IMG/VR virus record: IMGVR_UViG_3300025127_000009
Coordinates: 128,598 to 192,597 of that record
Source: a virus
Length of the DNA stretch: 64,000 bases
Direction: 5' to 3' (one strand)
Both the position numbers and the translations under genes were made by a program. Each line of letters opens with the position of its first letter. Position 1 is the stretch's first letter. The notes under the pieces are model-generated. The model was not told where the DNA came from. It saw only the letters and a program-made list of their open reading frames with translations, and did no database searches. This document shows, one piece after another, positions 32,768-44,500 of the stretch.

Positions 32768-33894
32768 TACACCTCTGTCATATCTCTAAAATTCTTGCCT
32801 ATGCTGGCAGAAGTCAGATAATTGCCAAATCTAGTCTCACTAAACGTTTTTTGAATTTCATCAAATTTGCTAACGTCAGTTCTAGTAAAATCTAACACAA
32901 TTGAGTCATGAAGTAAATAACAAATTTGTGTTTTACGTTCTTTTAATATTTCTCTAACTTTGTATGCCTGCTCAATACAGACATCACTACTTGTTGATTG
33001 TACCAAATAGTTTAGCGCGTGATCTCTGTCGCACGGAATACGTCTTCCATATGGAGTCGTAACTGCTTCTCCATCCCAGTATTTTTCTATTATAGCATTC
33101 TTATCATAATGCTTACTCAACACAGCATCTTCTGCTTTTGGGTTATACAGCCAAGCAAAGAATCGCTTTTTCATTTCATCTCTGGTAATTGAATTACCTG
33201 CTACCACCTCTGTGTTCCAAGTGTGTATATCTTGTTCTGGCTGTTCTTTGCCACTCAAGGCAAGCAAAGTTCTTATTTCTGCGGCGTTGAAGTCAAACTC
33301 TACAAATAAATCGTTTGTGGGTTCTAACTTTACTCTATCTTCTTTTTTCATAGTTAGTATAGGTATACCTGCGCCTTTATTCGATAATCTTCCGGTTCGC
33401 GTTCCAAATACGTTATAGTTAGTCGTTCTCTTCTTTTTATCAAATATATTCTTTCTTGTGTTCATCTCTTCAGATAAAATGTGCGCACGCTTAAGGGCTT
33501 CATAATCATCTGGTTTGCTGTAAGAAGAGAATATGTTTTCAATAATTTGTTCTTTTAAAATAAGATATCTGCGAAGATATTTTTCTGGTATGTAATCATA
33601 TATACAAGTTGTGTTTACATCACATTTTGCAACCATCACAGATTTCATAATTGACTTTATTCTAGTTGACTCAATATTCCACTGTTCGTTTATATGTCCT
33701 GGGCAAGAGGAAGTTAAATCTCCCTTAGACCAAAGATATGCATACTCTGGTTGCACCCCAAGACTATTGATTTGACTAGAATGCTTCCATGTGCTTTGGA
33801 AATCTAGATCTTGAACCTCTTCAATAGAATTGAATTTCCCATCAGCAAAAACTTTTCTGCATTGCTCATTTGTATCGACTATTTGAAATATCAC
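32767..33894 (-). CDS. polA: Stand-alone family A DNA polymerase domain
   Basis: 'GTRTGRLS', motif A 'DFNAAEIR', motif B 'RDEMKKRFFAWLY', 'NYLVQSTSSD', motif C 'LHDS'. Confidence 0.85.
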   Translation of the reverse strand: MIFQIVDTNEQCRKVFADGKFNSIEEVQDLDFQSTWKHSSQINSLGVQPEYAYLWSKGDLTSSCPGHINEQWNIESTRIKSIMKSVMVAKCDVNTTCIYDYIPEKYLRRYLILKEQIIENIFSSYSKPDDYEALKRAHILSEEMNTRKNIFDKKKRTTNYNVFGTRTGRLSNKGAGIPILTMKKEDRVKLEPTNDLFVEFDFNAAEIRTLLALSGKEQPEQDIHTWNTEVVAGNSITRDEMKKRFFAWLYNPKAEDAVLSKHYDKNAIIEKYWDGEAVTTPYGRRIPCDRDHALNYLVQSTSSDVCIEQAYKVREILKERKTQICYLLHDSIVLDFTRTDVSKFDEIQKTFSETRFGNYLTSASIGKNFRDMTEV

Positions 33895-35013
33895 TTAAAG
33901 AAAAATGTCCCTTCGTTTTTTTAATAATTTCATTTCTGCAAAGTCTATTGATCTTTCAAAACTCTCATATTCGAACAAATAATAGCATGTTTCAAAATAA
34001 AATTCAAATGCTTTTTTGCTAGTTTTAATCCTATTTTCTACTAGAAGCAATTGAAGGTATATTTTTAACCAATCTCTTGTGTTGTATTGAGCAATAACCT
34101 TTCTGAGTGACGGTCTAAGAACATTTCTCGTAATTGATTTTATTTTGTTTGTTTCTTTGCATATCTTGTTAACTCTTCTTACAGCGTTTAGCCTTGAAAA
34201 GTCTACATAAATATCATATAAAAATTTTCTTAACATGTCAATATCAAATCCTTGACATTCATAAAAATATTCTCTCATGATGCTTTCTTTGTCTGAAACG
34301 TCGTATTGCCTCACATAATCAAACATTATTGTAGAATCTAAATTGGCCACAAAAGTCCAAGGAGCATGTTTTGGAATTACAAAACCAAATCTAGCCGCCA
34401 TTTTTGTGTAAAAATTAAAATCTTTACTGTTTAAAATTTGATATTTCGCCTGATTTACGTCGTGAGACGTGTCTGCAGTTTCAAGCACAAGACCTGTACA
34501 ATGAATTGGGCAATTGTTAGACTTCACGAAATAAGAAAACAATATTGGTTCTTCTGCCGCTATGTCTTTCGCAAATTTCATAAAATAAAACACTACATCT
34601 TCAAAAGTATTTATTTTATTTTTATGTGGATTCAGGTATCCTACAAAAAACATTTCTTCTAATTTTTCTAAATGTGTCTGATAAAGAGAAATAGGATTTA
34701 TGTAAGCCTTTTTGGGCACCAAGGTTCTCGCGCCGAGTATTGGTTCTAAATTTCTATTTGTTACCTGCTGAGAATATTGATAATTCATATCCGCAAAGGC
34801 ATCGGCAACAAAATCTAAAGCCAAAAGATTTGAACCTGGTATTTGTTTTAAGGTAACTCTATCTAACGGTGCAACCACTCTACCATTATTGTTGACTCTG
34901 GCATAAAAGAACTGCCTTTGTTCCCAATTGTCAAAATGATAGAAATGCGCTATATCTTTTGTTTTTTCGAGATACTTAACTCTATCCATAAATTTTTTTC
35001 TTGTACCACTCAT
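33895..35013 (-). CDS. Hypothetical protein (aromatic-rich, 372 aa)
   Basis: Long ORF between the baseplate hub and polA, operon-packed. Confidence 0.65.
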   Translation of the reverse strand: MSGTRKKFMDRVKYLEKTKDIAHFYHFDNWEQRQFFYARVNNNGRVVAPLDRVTLKQIPGSNLLALDFVADAFADMNYQYSQQVTNRNLEPILGARTLVPKKAYINPISLYQTHLEKLEEMFFVGYLNPHKNKINTFEDVVFYFMKFAKDIAAEEPILFSYFVKSNNCPIHCTGLVLETADTSHDVNQAKYQILNSKDFNFYTKMAARFGFVIPKHAPWTFVANLDSTIMFDYVRQYDVSDKESIMREYFYECQGFDIDMLRKFLYDIYVDFSRLNAVRRVNKICKETNKIKSITRNVLRPSLRKVIAQYNTRDWLKIYLQLLLVENRIKTSKKAFEFYFETCYYLFEYESFERSIDFAEMKLLKKRRDIFL

Positions 35014-35025
35014 AATTTGCTCCCA

Positions 35026-37389
35026 CTAAGACTTAAGCGCCTTTTTTGCCTTTTTATCAACATAAACGTTATATGCTTCCAAACTGGTCGTAAACCCACT
35101 AGACGAAAAAGAGTGCTCAACTTTTAGTGTCATATACGTGCCTGTTAATCCTAGCGTTTCTAGAATTGAATCTCTTGTACCTTGCGTTAAGCCTAACAAG
35201 GTTGGCTGCAGATTAAAAGAATAGCCGGGAAAAAAATTAACATTACCGATTATATCAAGCGAAACATTGTAAACTTGAGGTATTATTACCGAGTCTTCGT
35301 TTCTTAGAGATGCAACAACGTTATCATCTGCTCTTGCTTTCTGCACGGCTGAATTAGCCTGATTAAAACTTACTTTTTTAATTATGCTTTGCGCAGAGCC
35401 AACAGTGTATTTATCATAACTTTTCAACATCTTATCATCTTGCGGAGGACTCGGAGAACTCACGCTAATAAAAAACAGAGATGTTAAATTTTTACTTTCT
35501 TTCTGATCCATTAAATTAATTCTCGGATTTCTTAAATTAATTTTCTTTAAGCGTCCTTCTCTTATGTTATCTTTTATTTTCCCTGCTGCATTTTTATTTA
35601 CAACAATTTGACCTGTTCTTATCGAGTTTTTTACTGGCCTGTGATCTAAAACAAAATCTCTTTCTACAAAATAAGGCTTTATAACCTTAGTTAACAGAGA
35701 GGAAATAAAATTTTTAAACGTTAGTCTTTTCCTGGTGGTATTAATGTAGTCTTCATAAATAATTTTCATTAAAGATTCCAACGCTATTGGTATATCATAC
35801 AAAGAAGCAGTTATTACTTTTTTCTTTCCTCCCACCTCTCTACTCTGCACAGGAATTCTAATATTTCCTAAAATAATTCTAAAATCATTTTCTTTGAAAT
35901 ACTTTTCTCCGTTACTAGAAGCCAAAAATGCGGTAATGACATCTCCAAATTTAAAAAAGTTATAAACACCCAGCATCTCTCCCGGTGTAACAGTCCCAAT
36001 GAAATCTGATTCAGTAGACATTAATGATTCGCCAGATATATTTCTTTGTTCTGTTGAAATTTGATTTACTTGAAAATCTTTGCCCGCCTGCTCTCTAGAA
36101 ACCGTAAGCAAGTTTTCCCTTGCGTATTCTACAAACGTATATTTATCTCCGCCTGACATGTTTTCTTGAGCGTAATATTCATCCATGTGGTTTGCGCCGA
36201 CTATATCAAAGAAAAGGTGCTGAACATAAGATGGAGAAAGTTCTATTGTAAAGCCCGCCCTATTTTGTAACAAAGATCTCACAAGGCCTTTCAGTTTATC
36301 TGAATCTCTTTTTGAAAAAGCAATCTCAAGCCTCTCTATCTCTTTTAACGCATCTTTCTCTCTTTTGCCGTTTAAGTAATTAACAATTTTCTTTTTAGCG
36401 CTTTTACCTGCAGATGGAACTCGCGTCTTTATTAAATCATTTATTGCCGCTCCAACCGCTTCAGAGGTAGGCTTGTCCCTTTCCCTGCCTGACCCTGCAT
36501 CTATCATGTTGTCTATCTCTTTCGAAGAGGGTTCTAAAAAATTCACATCTTTTAAAAACTCATCAATTGCTGAAATATAATCTACCTTTAGTTGAAACGA
36601 ACCATCTTCGTTAAAACTAAACCCGTGATTGTAGTATCTCATAATGTATGTGGCCTGTTGAGCAGTAATGGCATCTATTTGTTTTTTTGTAAAGTTTAAT
36701 CCCTTTCTCAATCCAGGAGTAGGAACGTTCCAACCAACTTGCATCATTAATTGATAGTGATTTCCCGCTTGGTTTTTAGAATCTCTTCTTGTATAGTAAG
36801 GAACAATCAAAGGAAGGTATGTTTCCCCTTGACCTCCCCTTTCAAACACAGATAAATTATTGCCATAAAAAGTAACTGAACTTTCAATATCTGCTTTTTT
36901 TGTTTCGGGCGTAGTTCCTGCAAGTGATATATCTATTTGTTTAATCCCAAGATAACTATACCTTTTGTTTACGCTATCATAAGCACCTCTGCCAGGATTT
37001 AAAGAATTGTGCATATTTTGTAATGGTATGGGTATGACTTCTTTAGTTTCGTCGCCTCTTAAAAAAAACTTTATCATTGGCGTTAAAGATGTTAATTGTG
37101 CATTATTGAATGTATTGAAAACATTGGACAACTCTCCTGTGCCTTGACTTTGTAAATAAGTGTCGAAAGTAAAAGGATGAACATCTTTGTTCAGAGTTAT
37201 TATCCTGTCTGATCTCCCTCCAACAGATACCTTAGAGTACTCTGGCTTTTCTAATAATTCAGGGGTTAAAGCAGCAAGAATATATTGAGAATTTGAGCCC
37301 TGAGATAGTGTTGCTACCTCTTCTTGCATTCTGTCTATTCCGTTTATTTTTCTTTCTGCATCAGACGACGCCATTTTAACAAACTCCAA
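35026..37389 (-). CDS. Baseplate hub protein (gp27/late control D-like)
   Basis: C-terminal 'YNVSLDIIGN....PG......GLTGTY..LKVEHSFSSSGFTTSLEA'. Position follows the LysM and tube-initiator genes. Confidence 0.65.
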   Translation of the reverse strand: MEFVKMASSDAERKINGIDRMQEEVATLSQGSNSQYILAALTPELLEKPEYSKVSVGGRSDRIITLNKDVHPFTFDTYLQSQGTGELSNVFNTFNNAQLTSLTPMIKFFLRGDETKEVIPIPLQNMHNSLNPGRGAYDSVNKRYSYLGIKQIDISLAGTTPETKKADIESSVTFYGNNLSVFERGGQGETYLPLIVPYYTRRDSKNQAGNHYQLMMQVGWNVPTPGLRKGLNFTKKQIDAITAQQATYIMRYYNHGFSFNEDGSFQLKVDYISAIDEFLKDVNFLEPSSKEIDNMIDAGSGRERDKPTSEAVGAAINDLIKTRVPSAGKSAKKKIVNYLNGKREKDALKEIERLEIAFSKRDSDKLKGLVRSLLQNRAGFTIELSPSYVQHLFFDIVGANHMDEYYAQENMSGGDKYTFVEYARENLLTVSREQAGKDFQVNQISTEQRNISGESLMSTESDFIGTVTPGEMLGVYNFFKFGDVITAFLASSNGEKYFKENDFRIILGNIRIPVQSREVGGKKKVITASLYDIPIALESLMKIIYEDYINTTRKRLTFKNFISSLLTKVIKPYFVERDFVLDHRPVKNSIRTGQIVVNKNAAGKIKDNIREGRLKKINLRNPRINLMDQKESKNLTSLFFISVSSPSPPQDDKMLKSYDKYTVGSAQSIIKKVSFNQANSAVQKARADDNVVASLRNEDSVIIPQVYNVSLDIIGNVNFFPGYSFNLQPTLLGLTQGTRDSILETLGLTGTYMTLKVEHSFSSSGFTTSLEAYNVYVDKKAKKALKS

Positions 37390-37391
37390 AT

Positions 37392-37745
37392 TTACGTGTA
37401 TTTACCATCAGGTTCAACCACCGCATTATAAACTGACCTCCAGTTTTCGGGTATAAACACGGTCTCTCCAAGAGTAACATGAAAATCAGTTGGTTTTCTA
37501 TTGTAAAACGCGATAACCCACCAAAGGTTTGGATCACCATATTCTTTGTCGGCTAGTTTATAAAATCTAGTTCCAAGTTTCCAAATTATTGGGTGTACGC
37601 GAATATCTTGTATTTGCTCATCTGATAATAAAACAAATTTTGGGGCGGCATAATGTTTTATTGTTTTCACACCTCTTTCTTTTAATATGTTCTTGTACCT
37701 TTTTTCACTATTCTCTATAGTATCTCTTAACCCATATCTAGACAT
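37392..37745 (-). CDS. LysM-type baseplate protein (gp53/tail X-like)
   Basis: 'LADKEYGDPNLWWVIAFYN...GETVFIP'. Confidence 0.8.
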   Translation of the reverse strand: MSRYGLRDTIENSEKRYKNILKERGVKTIKHYAAPKFVLLSDEQIQDIRVHPIIWKLGTRFYKLADKEYGDPNLWWVIAFYNRKPTDFHVTLGETVFIPENWRSVYNAVVEPDGKYT

Positions 37746-38614
37746 TATACGTTCCCCAAAATCTTGTTATACTTTTTCATAAGTTCTTTTGTGCTTTGAT
37801 TATCTGGTAAGTTGGTCTTCACTCTTAGCATCGGTGAGTCATCTCCATCCTCTACAAAGTGAACTTTGCCAGTTAATTGTTCTATCCCGTATGGATAGGC
37901 CGTGTTCTCTTCGTCAGAACTGCCTCGGCCACCAAGCCATTTGTGGTCTTTCCAGCCAAGTTTATGCTCATGTACAACCTGCAGACTGCATTGAAAATCA
38001 AACGCTTTTGGTATAAAAGTATGGCTTTTATTTGGGGCGCTTTTATTGTTTCCATAATTGCCATTATAATCTTTGTAAATATTGCTAGGTGATGAGTGCA
38101 AGACTGCACCTCCAGGTGGATGATGAAAACCTGCTTCTAAATCTGGCGTAAAACTTACTGAATTCATCCAACAAGCCAGACCCGCTTTAAAAGCATTTAA
38201 TTTGTTAACTCTAAAATTTGCATTTTTAATTAAATTTGCAAACTTAACCTTTATTAGAGGATATGAAGACATTGTGTGAATGTCCTTACCATCAACCTCA
38301 TAACTAGGATACATGTTAGCAACTAAGTGTTCTAATTGATGCATATTCTCTCTTGCTTCCCTCAAACTATAAGATGGTATTTTTAGAGCCAGGTTTATTG
38401 TTCTGGTTGTACCAGCAAAACTGCCAATGGGATCGTTTCTACCAAAAACTTTTTCACTTGACCAGTCACTGTTAAAAGAGTCAGAAAAATCTGTAATCCA
38501 GGCGGGAAAGACTGCTGTTTTCTGTGACGCCAAATGCACAAATTCTATCAAATACCCACTTTCTTCCAAGGCACCTAAAACTGGGTCGAAAGATGTTGTA
38601 TTACTAAATCCCAT
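37745..38614 (-). CDS. Tail tube initiator / baseplate protein (gp48/gp54-like)
   Basis: 'FSDSFNSDWSSEKVFGRNDPIGSFAGTTRTINLAL' and 'YPSY...PLIKVKFANLI'. Lies directly after the tape measures. Confidence 0.65.
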   Translation of the reverse strand: MGFSNTTSFDPVLGALEESGYLIEFVHLASQKTAVFPAWITDFSDSFNSDWSSEKVFGRNDPIGSFAGTTRTINLALKIPSYSLREARENMHQLEHLVANMYPSYEVDGKDIHTMSSYPLIKVKFANLIKNANFRVNKLNAFKAGLACWMNSVSFTPDLEAGFHHPPGGAVLHSSPSNIYKDYNGNYGNNKSAPNKSHTFIPKAFDFQCSLQVVHEHKLGWKDHKWLGGRGSSDEENTAYPYGIEQLTGKVHFVEDGDDSPMLRVKTNLPDNQSTKELMKKYNKILGNV

Positions 38615-38627
38615 TTTACCACTCCTT

Positions 38628-41510
38628 TTAAGTTCTTCTTTGCACGGTAGCCAGCGAATCTTCTACCGCTGCTGCAAACTTCCTCTCACTAATAGATAGT
38701 TCTACATCGCCTTTTTGTTCTAACAGTTTTTTTGTCACCGCTAGGATCTCATCCAAAGCCTTTGCAAGTGGGCCATCAGCCTTTGCAGCGTAAAACTTGT
38801 CTTTCTTATTAAAAACAGGTTGTACATAATTCTGTTCTAGATTTCCTGTGCTCATATTTGGCATAGTAGACATGGGAGAAGTAAGGTCCTCATAAGTTAC
38901 AATCTTTTTAAGTTGGCCGGTACGCAACAAATATTGTCTTTGATACTTATCTTTTCTCCTGTTTCTAAGCATCAAATCTCTGCGGTTTTGAACATTTCCT
39001 GGTGGGTAATCTTTATCAAATTGTTCTCGCTCTGGAGACTTATTAAATCCCATCAGACTTACTGTTCCATCTTCTGTCGCTGGAACAATTAATTCTCTTC
39101 TGATTCCTTTAAATTGTTTTTCGGATAAGTTATCTGCTACCTTTTCCTCGTTCAGCGCTTCTTTTACCGGAGACTTTGCGGCTTGCGCCTCCTTTGCTTT
39201 CTTTTCTTGTAATTCTCGGGCTTTTTCTTCCTTCCTCTTTTTTTCTTCCGCCTTTCTTTTTTGAAGTGCCTGTAATCTTAATTCTTTGCGTCTTTCTTCT
39301 TTTTTCTTCTTCTCCTGTAACTGTCCGGACTTTATTTCTTCCTCTTCCTGTCTATTCTTTTCCATCATTATTGATTGAAGTTCTTTGTCGGTTCCGCTAA
39401 TAGATTGTAAAATTGGGGTTTTCTCATCAAGAAGTTGTTGTGCTTCTTTAGAAATAATCTCAGGACTCTTTACCTCGCTGGCAAGAGACATAATCACACC
39501 TTGTGTTTTGATATTTTCTGCTTTTATTAATTCTAAATCTTTTGCTCTTTGGGCTTCCTGTTTCTTTTGTTTTTGTTCCTCTTTCGCAACTTCTTGTTGC
39601 ATTTTCTCGTCAAAAAAACCGGAGTGTAAAAGTTCTAACGGTTTAGGAGGTTCAGGTACCTCCGTGCTTGTGATGCTTTCTTCTTTTGGCTTGGCACCAG
39701 GCCTTGGTCTATCTTGATTATCTTCTTTGTCAAACACTGCCCCTTTTTCTAACAAATATGCAGCACCAAACATAGCGCCGCCTATCGCTGTGGCAGCGCC
39801 CGCTATGGCAAGGCCTTTTCCAAACTTGCCCCGCCTTTTGCCCGCACCTACAGCACCGCCCATTCCAGCCATTTTTACATGCTCTGGATTCATAGGTGTT
39901 GCACCCCTGCTTAGCACCTTTGCACTAACCACTGCAGCGGCTGCGCCTAGAGCCCCCAAGCCAATAACAACTTTTCCAATATGGTTGGAAACGGTAGTTG
40001 CAACCCAATTAAGCATTTTGTCGCCGTCTATCGTGTGAACTAGTTTGTCTATAAGATTAGTTAGTGCTGCATCTATTTTACCTTGCACAGTTAAAGAATT
40101 CTGCGCTTTGAGCACATTACTTTCAAGAGTGGTTTCTGCAGTGTCCATCTGGTCTCTTTGGCCATCAAATTTATCTTTTTGCAGTTTTAAAACACGTTGC
40201 AACTCATCAACCGGCATGGCCAAATCTTCCCCCAAACCTCTCAAAACACGGGGACTTAAATCTGGGCTACCTGCCCTCTTGTATGCATCTGCAAACATTT
40301 GAAGTTTTTCTGCTGGGTCAGCGGCCAACAACTGCTGTGCACTTAGAAAAGGTTGGCCTATTGCAATATTAAACGCTTGTGCCGCTTTTGCTGCCCCCTC
40401 AAAAGTATCAACGCCTTCACTAAGATTTAATACTTGTGCCACTTCCATTTCAAGATTTTTCGCTTGAAGGGTTATATCTTTAAATATTTTTTCACTTTGA
40501 CTTCCAAATCTAGTTAATATTGGTGCCGCTTTATTAAAATCGCTTAATAACTCTCCTGGTGGTCTGCCTATGGCTTCCGCCACCCCTACAAAATTGTTCA
40601 TTACCTCGTTGGCCTGACCTGGTGTTTTGCCTAAAGTCGCCGTTAAAGTAGTGAATGTTTGTGCGGATTCTTCCATTGAAACGCCAAAACGACTTAATAC
40701 GCCAATAGTTTTTGTTGTCTCTTTGGCTTGAAAATCCGATAAATCCCCAAAAGTTCTTAAGTTGGTTTTTAGTGCTACTGCACTATTTCCAAGAATACCT
40801 TCGACATCTTTCGAAACTGCTCCTAGTTCTGAAGCGGCTTCTACTAACCTTATTCTGTCTCTTGATATCGCTGCCTTTTCAAAGATTGATGCTTGAGCGG
40901 CATCATAAGCCATTACTCTTTCGAAAACTTTTGTTACAGTAGAGCCAAAAAGATTACTAAGAGTCAACGACTCCGCTAATCCTTTTATTACTCCGGGAAA
41001 AAACCCTCTAGCACTGGCAATACCTAATTCTGACCATCCAGTTTGTAAGCCCAAAGTTGCTTGCAACAACCCTTCTGAAACTCTTTCTCCTTTTTCTAGG
41101 GCAAGTTGATATTTTTTTAAACCTTTGAGTATCTTTGTGTTTTCTTTGTATGCCGAAACTAGTTGTTGATATCGTTCAGATTCAACCTCACCATTTGAAA
41201 TTAAAAGGTCTATTTCTTCTTTTAAGACTCTTACCTTTTCTTGTTGTATTTTAACTTTTGCTTCATGAAGGTCTAAAACATCTTTTAAAACTCTAGAGTT
41301 TAAATCTAAAAATTGAGATAATTTATCAAAATGTTCGTTTATGCTATCAACAGAAGATTTATCTAAACCGGTTCGAAGGCTTTTAGAATCTGTGTCTACC
41401 ACTGAAAACAATTCGCTCAAATCATTGATTGCCCTTTCAACGTTTCGCGGATTCGAACTCAGCAGATTGGCTGCTATTTCATTTAATTTAAAGTCTTTTC
41501 CTTCAGCCAT
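38628..41510 (-). CDS. Tape measure protein paralog B
   Basis: 960 aa, Ala/Leu-rich helical, shares a core with 41517..44663. Glycine-rich hydrophobic stretch and a K/E-rich tract. Confidence 0.7.
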   Translation of the reverse strand: MAEGKDFKLNEIAANLLSSNPRNVERAINDLSELFSVVDTDSKSLRTGLDKSSVDSINEHFDKLSQFLDLNSRVLKDVLDLHEAKVKIQQEKVRVLKEEIDLLISNGEVESERYQQLVSAYKENTKILKGLKKYQLALEKGERVSEGLLQATLGLQTGWSELGIASARGFFPGVIKGLAESLTLSNLFGSTVTKVFERVMAYDAAQASIFEKAAISRDRIRLVEAASELGAVSKDVEGILGNSAVALKTNLRTFGDLSDFQAKETTKTIGVLSRFGVSMEESAQTFTTLTATLGKTPGQANEVMNNFVGVAEAIGRPPGELLSDFNKAAPILTRFGSQSEKIFKDITLQAKNLEMEVAQVLNLSEGVDTFEGAAKAAQAFNIAIGQPFLSAQQLLAADPAEKLQMFADAYKRAGSPDLSPRVLRGLGEDLAMPVDELQRVLKLQKDKFDGQRDQMDTAETTLESNVLKAQNSLTVQGKIDAALTNLIDKLVHTIDGDKMLNWVATTVSNHIGKVVIGLGALGAAAAVVSAKVLSRGATPMNPEHVKMAGMGGAVGAGKRRGKFGKGLAIAGAATAIGGAMFGAAYLLEKGAVFDKEDNQDRPRPGAKPKEESITSTEVPEPPKPLELLHSGFFDEKMQQEVAKEEQKQKKQEAQRAKDLELIKAENIKTQGVIMSLASEVKSPEIISKEAQQLLDEKTPILQSISGTDKELQSIMMEKNRQEEEEIKSGQLQEKKKKEERRKELRLQALQKRKAEEKKRKEEKARELQEKKAKEAQAAKSPVKEALNEEKVADNLSEKQFKGIRRELIVPATEDGTVSLMGFNKSPEREQFDKDYPPGNVQNRRDLMLRNRRKDKYQRQYLLRTGQLKKIVTYEDLTSPMSTMPNMSTGNLEQNYVQPVFNKKDKFYAAKADGPLAKALDEILAVTKKLLEQKGDVELSISERKFAAAVEDSLATVQRRT

Positions 41511-41516
41511 TTAAAA

Positions 41517-44500
41517 TTACCCCATTCTAGCCGTTGCAATTTTATTAAATCCAACAGTTAAATTAACTTTACTCTCTTTAATATGTATCTGTTCCAAGTT
41601 GTTTTTTAGCATAACTAATTTTTGTAACAACACATCGTCATCGTTTGAAGTCTCGAACTCTGCTTTAATCTTTGGTGCAACAGACATAGCGTATGGCGTG
41701 TCTTCAATTGGCTCAGTTCTTTCAATTTCTACTTTTGATATTGATTCACCTGTTATCTTTGTAGCATCGGCTTTATCTACCATTTCTGATTCTAAACTTG
41801 GCATAAGACTCATAATGGTTGGTAAAAATGCATTTTGAATTGCAGGTATTGAGCCAATGTAATCCCCCAAAAGCGCACCGCCAATACCGCCGACAATGGT
41901 TCCGAGAGGACCTGCAAGAGAGCCTGCCACAGATCCAATTACACCACCGAGTATGCCTGATCCAACTTGCATAAGTTCTCTTGCTTTTTGTTCGACTGGG
42001 GCATCCGACATTAACACACTAGCCACTGATGCCACACCTATCAAACTTCCGATGATACCTGCCCCTTTTAAAACTTTTGCCATCGTTGTTGGTGGAATTT
42101 TACCTAGAAATTTTTGAAACTGCTGCACCGGCTTAAGTGATCTAATTTTTTCTGCTGCACTAGTTCCAATTTTAGCAACCGTATCGCGAGTTGTGCGAGC
42201 AGCGGTTGATATTCCTCGACCGGCTGCCTGGGCTGTGTCAGTTACCGTTGCAACCGCTCTTTGCGCACCTGTTGAAATACTTGATGCTGCCCGTGATGCT
42301 TTAGTTTTAACTTCAAAAGTAACATCTTCGATAGTGCGCGACACCGCTGTACCTGCCTCCTTAACTCCAGTAATAACGTTTCTTGAAGTTTTGGCGAGAA
42401 CATCTCTGGCTCCCTCAATTCTTGTAGATGCAGCAGTTCGAATCGATTGTGCTTTTCCTGTAATACTTTGACTAACTCTTTCGCTAAAATTGGCAATTGC
42501 TGATCTTGCTTTTTGCGCACGGTCAGAAATACTTCGCAGCGCAGAGGTCATGTCTGCTGTTTTCGCCTTCTTAAAATCACCACCAGCAGCAGTAGCGCGA
42601 GCACTCAAACTACTGGTAGACTTATATACACTACTAAGGCCAGAACTAACTCCCCCTCTAATTTTAGAAAGGGAGCCGCGCATGCCTTCAAACATGCTCT
42701 TACCCATATTTCTGGCTGAATTAACAATGCTGTTTGTTCTTGTACGAAGACGGTTTGGGCCGTCTACGGTTACTTTTGGTGGCTCTGATGGTATCGGAGG
42801 TTTACGAGTTGTCCGTTTAGAAAGGCCAGATTCGCGGGCTTTTGCCTCTGACATTTCTTTGCCATACACATCACGAAATTTGCCTGTGCTCTTATCATAA
42901 TAGCCTGCTCTTTCCGATAAAGGAGGAGCACCTTTAGGGCGAGGTTTTGGTTTTTCACTTTTTGGTTTATCTGGTCCGGTAACGGGGCCACTGGGGCCAT
43001 CAGGGCCACCAAAACCACCAGGACCCACAGGCTTTATAAATTTAGGATAGATTCTGCTACCTAAAGCCATCCTACCCACTGATAAAATAGCCCCCATACC
43101 TGCTGCTGCAAGAATAACTGTTTCTATATTATCTGTTATAGAGTTAACAGTTCTTCTTAGAATTGGAAACTCATTGTTAATAAATGTTGTTATTCTACTT
43201 ATATGCTTGGATATTGCATTATCAAGTTTCTCTTGTGCTGTGAGCGTTTGCTGAATATCAGCCTCTATCTGCTTCATTTTCGTTGGCTTTGGCGCTACTG
43301 CTAGTTCTTCTTCAAACCTACCAAACTCCGCGCCAACCATTTTTTTGAAACTAGAAGCATCCATTCCAAACTCTTTATACAAGGCTCGTAAAACTCTAGG
43401 ATGTATCTCGCCTTGGGCTGCTTGGGCACGCTGGTATGCTCTTGCTATTAGTTTTACTTTGTCGCCTGGCTTAGCCTCTAATAATTCCAAGCCATTTAAA
43501 AATTCACCACCTAACAAGGCGTTAAACTTCGCTGCCTTCTTCATCGCGTCTTCTGTGGTATCCAAAGACTCTGTTAACTTTTGAAGATCTGAAATGCTTA
43601 TATTCGTCTTTCTGGCCGCAAGGGCGATGCCTCTGAACACACTTGGGAAGTTTGCCCCAAAGCGCGAATACAAGGGAATAGACTCTGCCATTTCTCGAAA
43701 CATTTCTTCGGGCGTGCGAGCCATTTCTTTTGATTGAGCGAGAAGTTGCTTTAAAACATCAGCCTGCTGCGATGCAGTAAAGTCTAAATTTGCATTAAGA
43801 AACTTATTTATTTCAAAAGTGGCAGAGGCAGACGCACCTAATTTTTGAAACTTACCAGCGAGTGCTATTATTTTTGTTGCTGATCCATCTGCTCTTATAT
43901 CACTAAAAGCCTTTATTGTCTTTTGTGCTTCTGCTGTTAATTGAGACGAAACTTCGGCTGCTTTAGGGCCGTAGGCTGTTCTCAACTCATCTGAAATATT
44001 TACTAGTTCATCTGTAAACCCAGAAAGACCCGTGTCCTGAAAAAGACTGGCGCGTGCATTGTCCAACATCATCATTTGTTCTGCAACTCTTGTAATTGCT
44101 GAACCTATCATGTTCATAGGATGAACAGATTTTGCTAGACCTTTTGCAAAGCCCTTTATATTTCCAAGTATGCTTTCAGATCCAAAATTATAAGCCTTTG
44201 TTATGCCAAGAGTTGCTGCAACCATCCCTCTTGTTAATTCTTCTGCTTTTTCAAAGCCTGCCGTTATTTCGTCATTTGTCTTTATGGCTTTTCGAAGTTC
44301 AAGAAAAAATTGCTTCTTTTGTTCAAGTTCTTTTTCGGTTGCTTCATCTAACTTTCTTGAAGAAAGAAGCATTATCTCTCTCTTTATCGCTTCTGCTGTG
44401 TATACTTGTATGTCCCTTACTTCTTTAACAAAGTCCAGGTCCTCTTCATAAAAGACTTTTTCTAGTTCGGCTAATTTTACTTGTTTTTCGTAGAGTGCCA

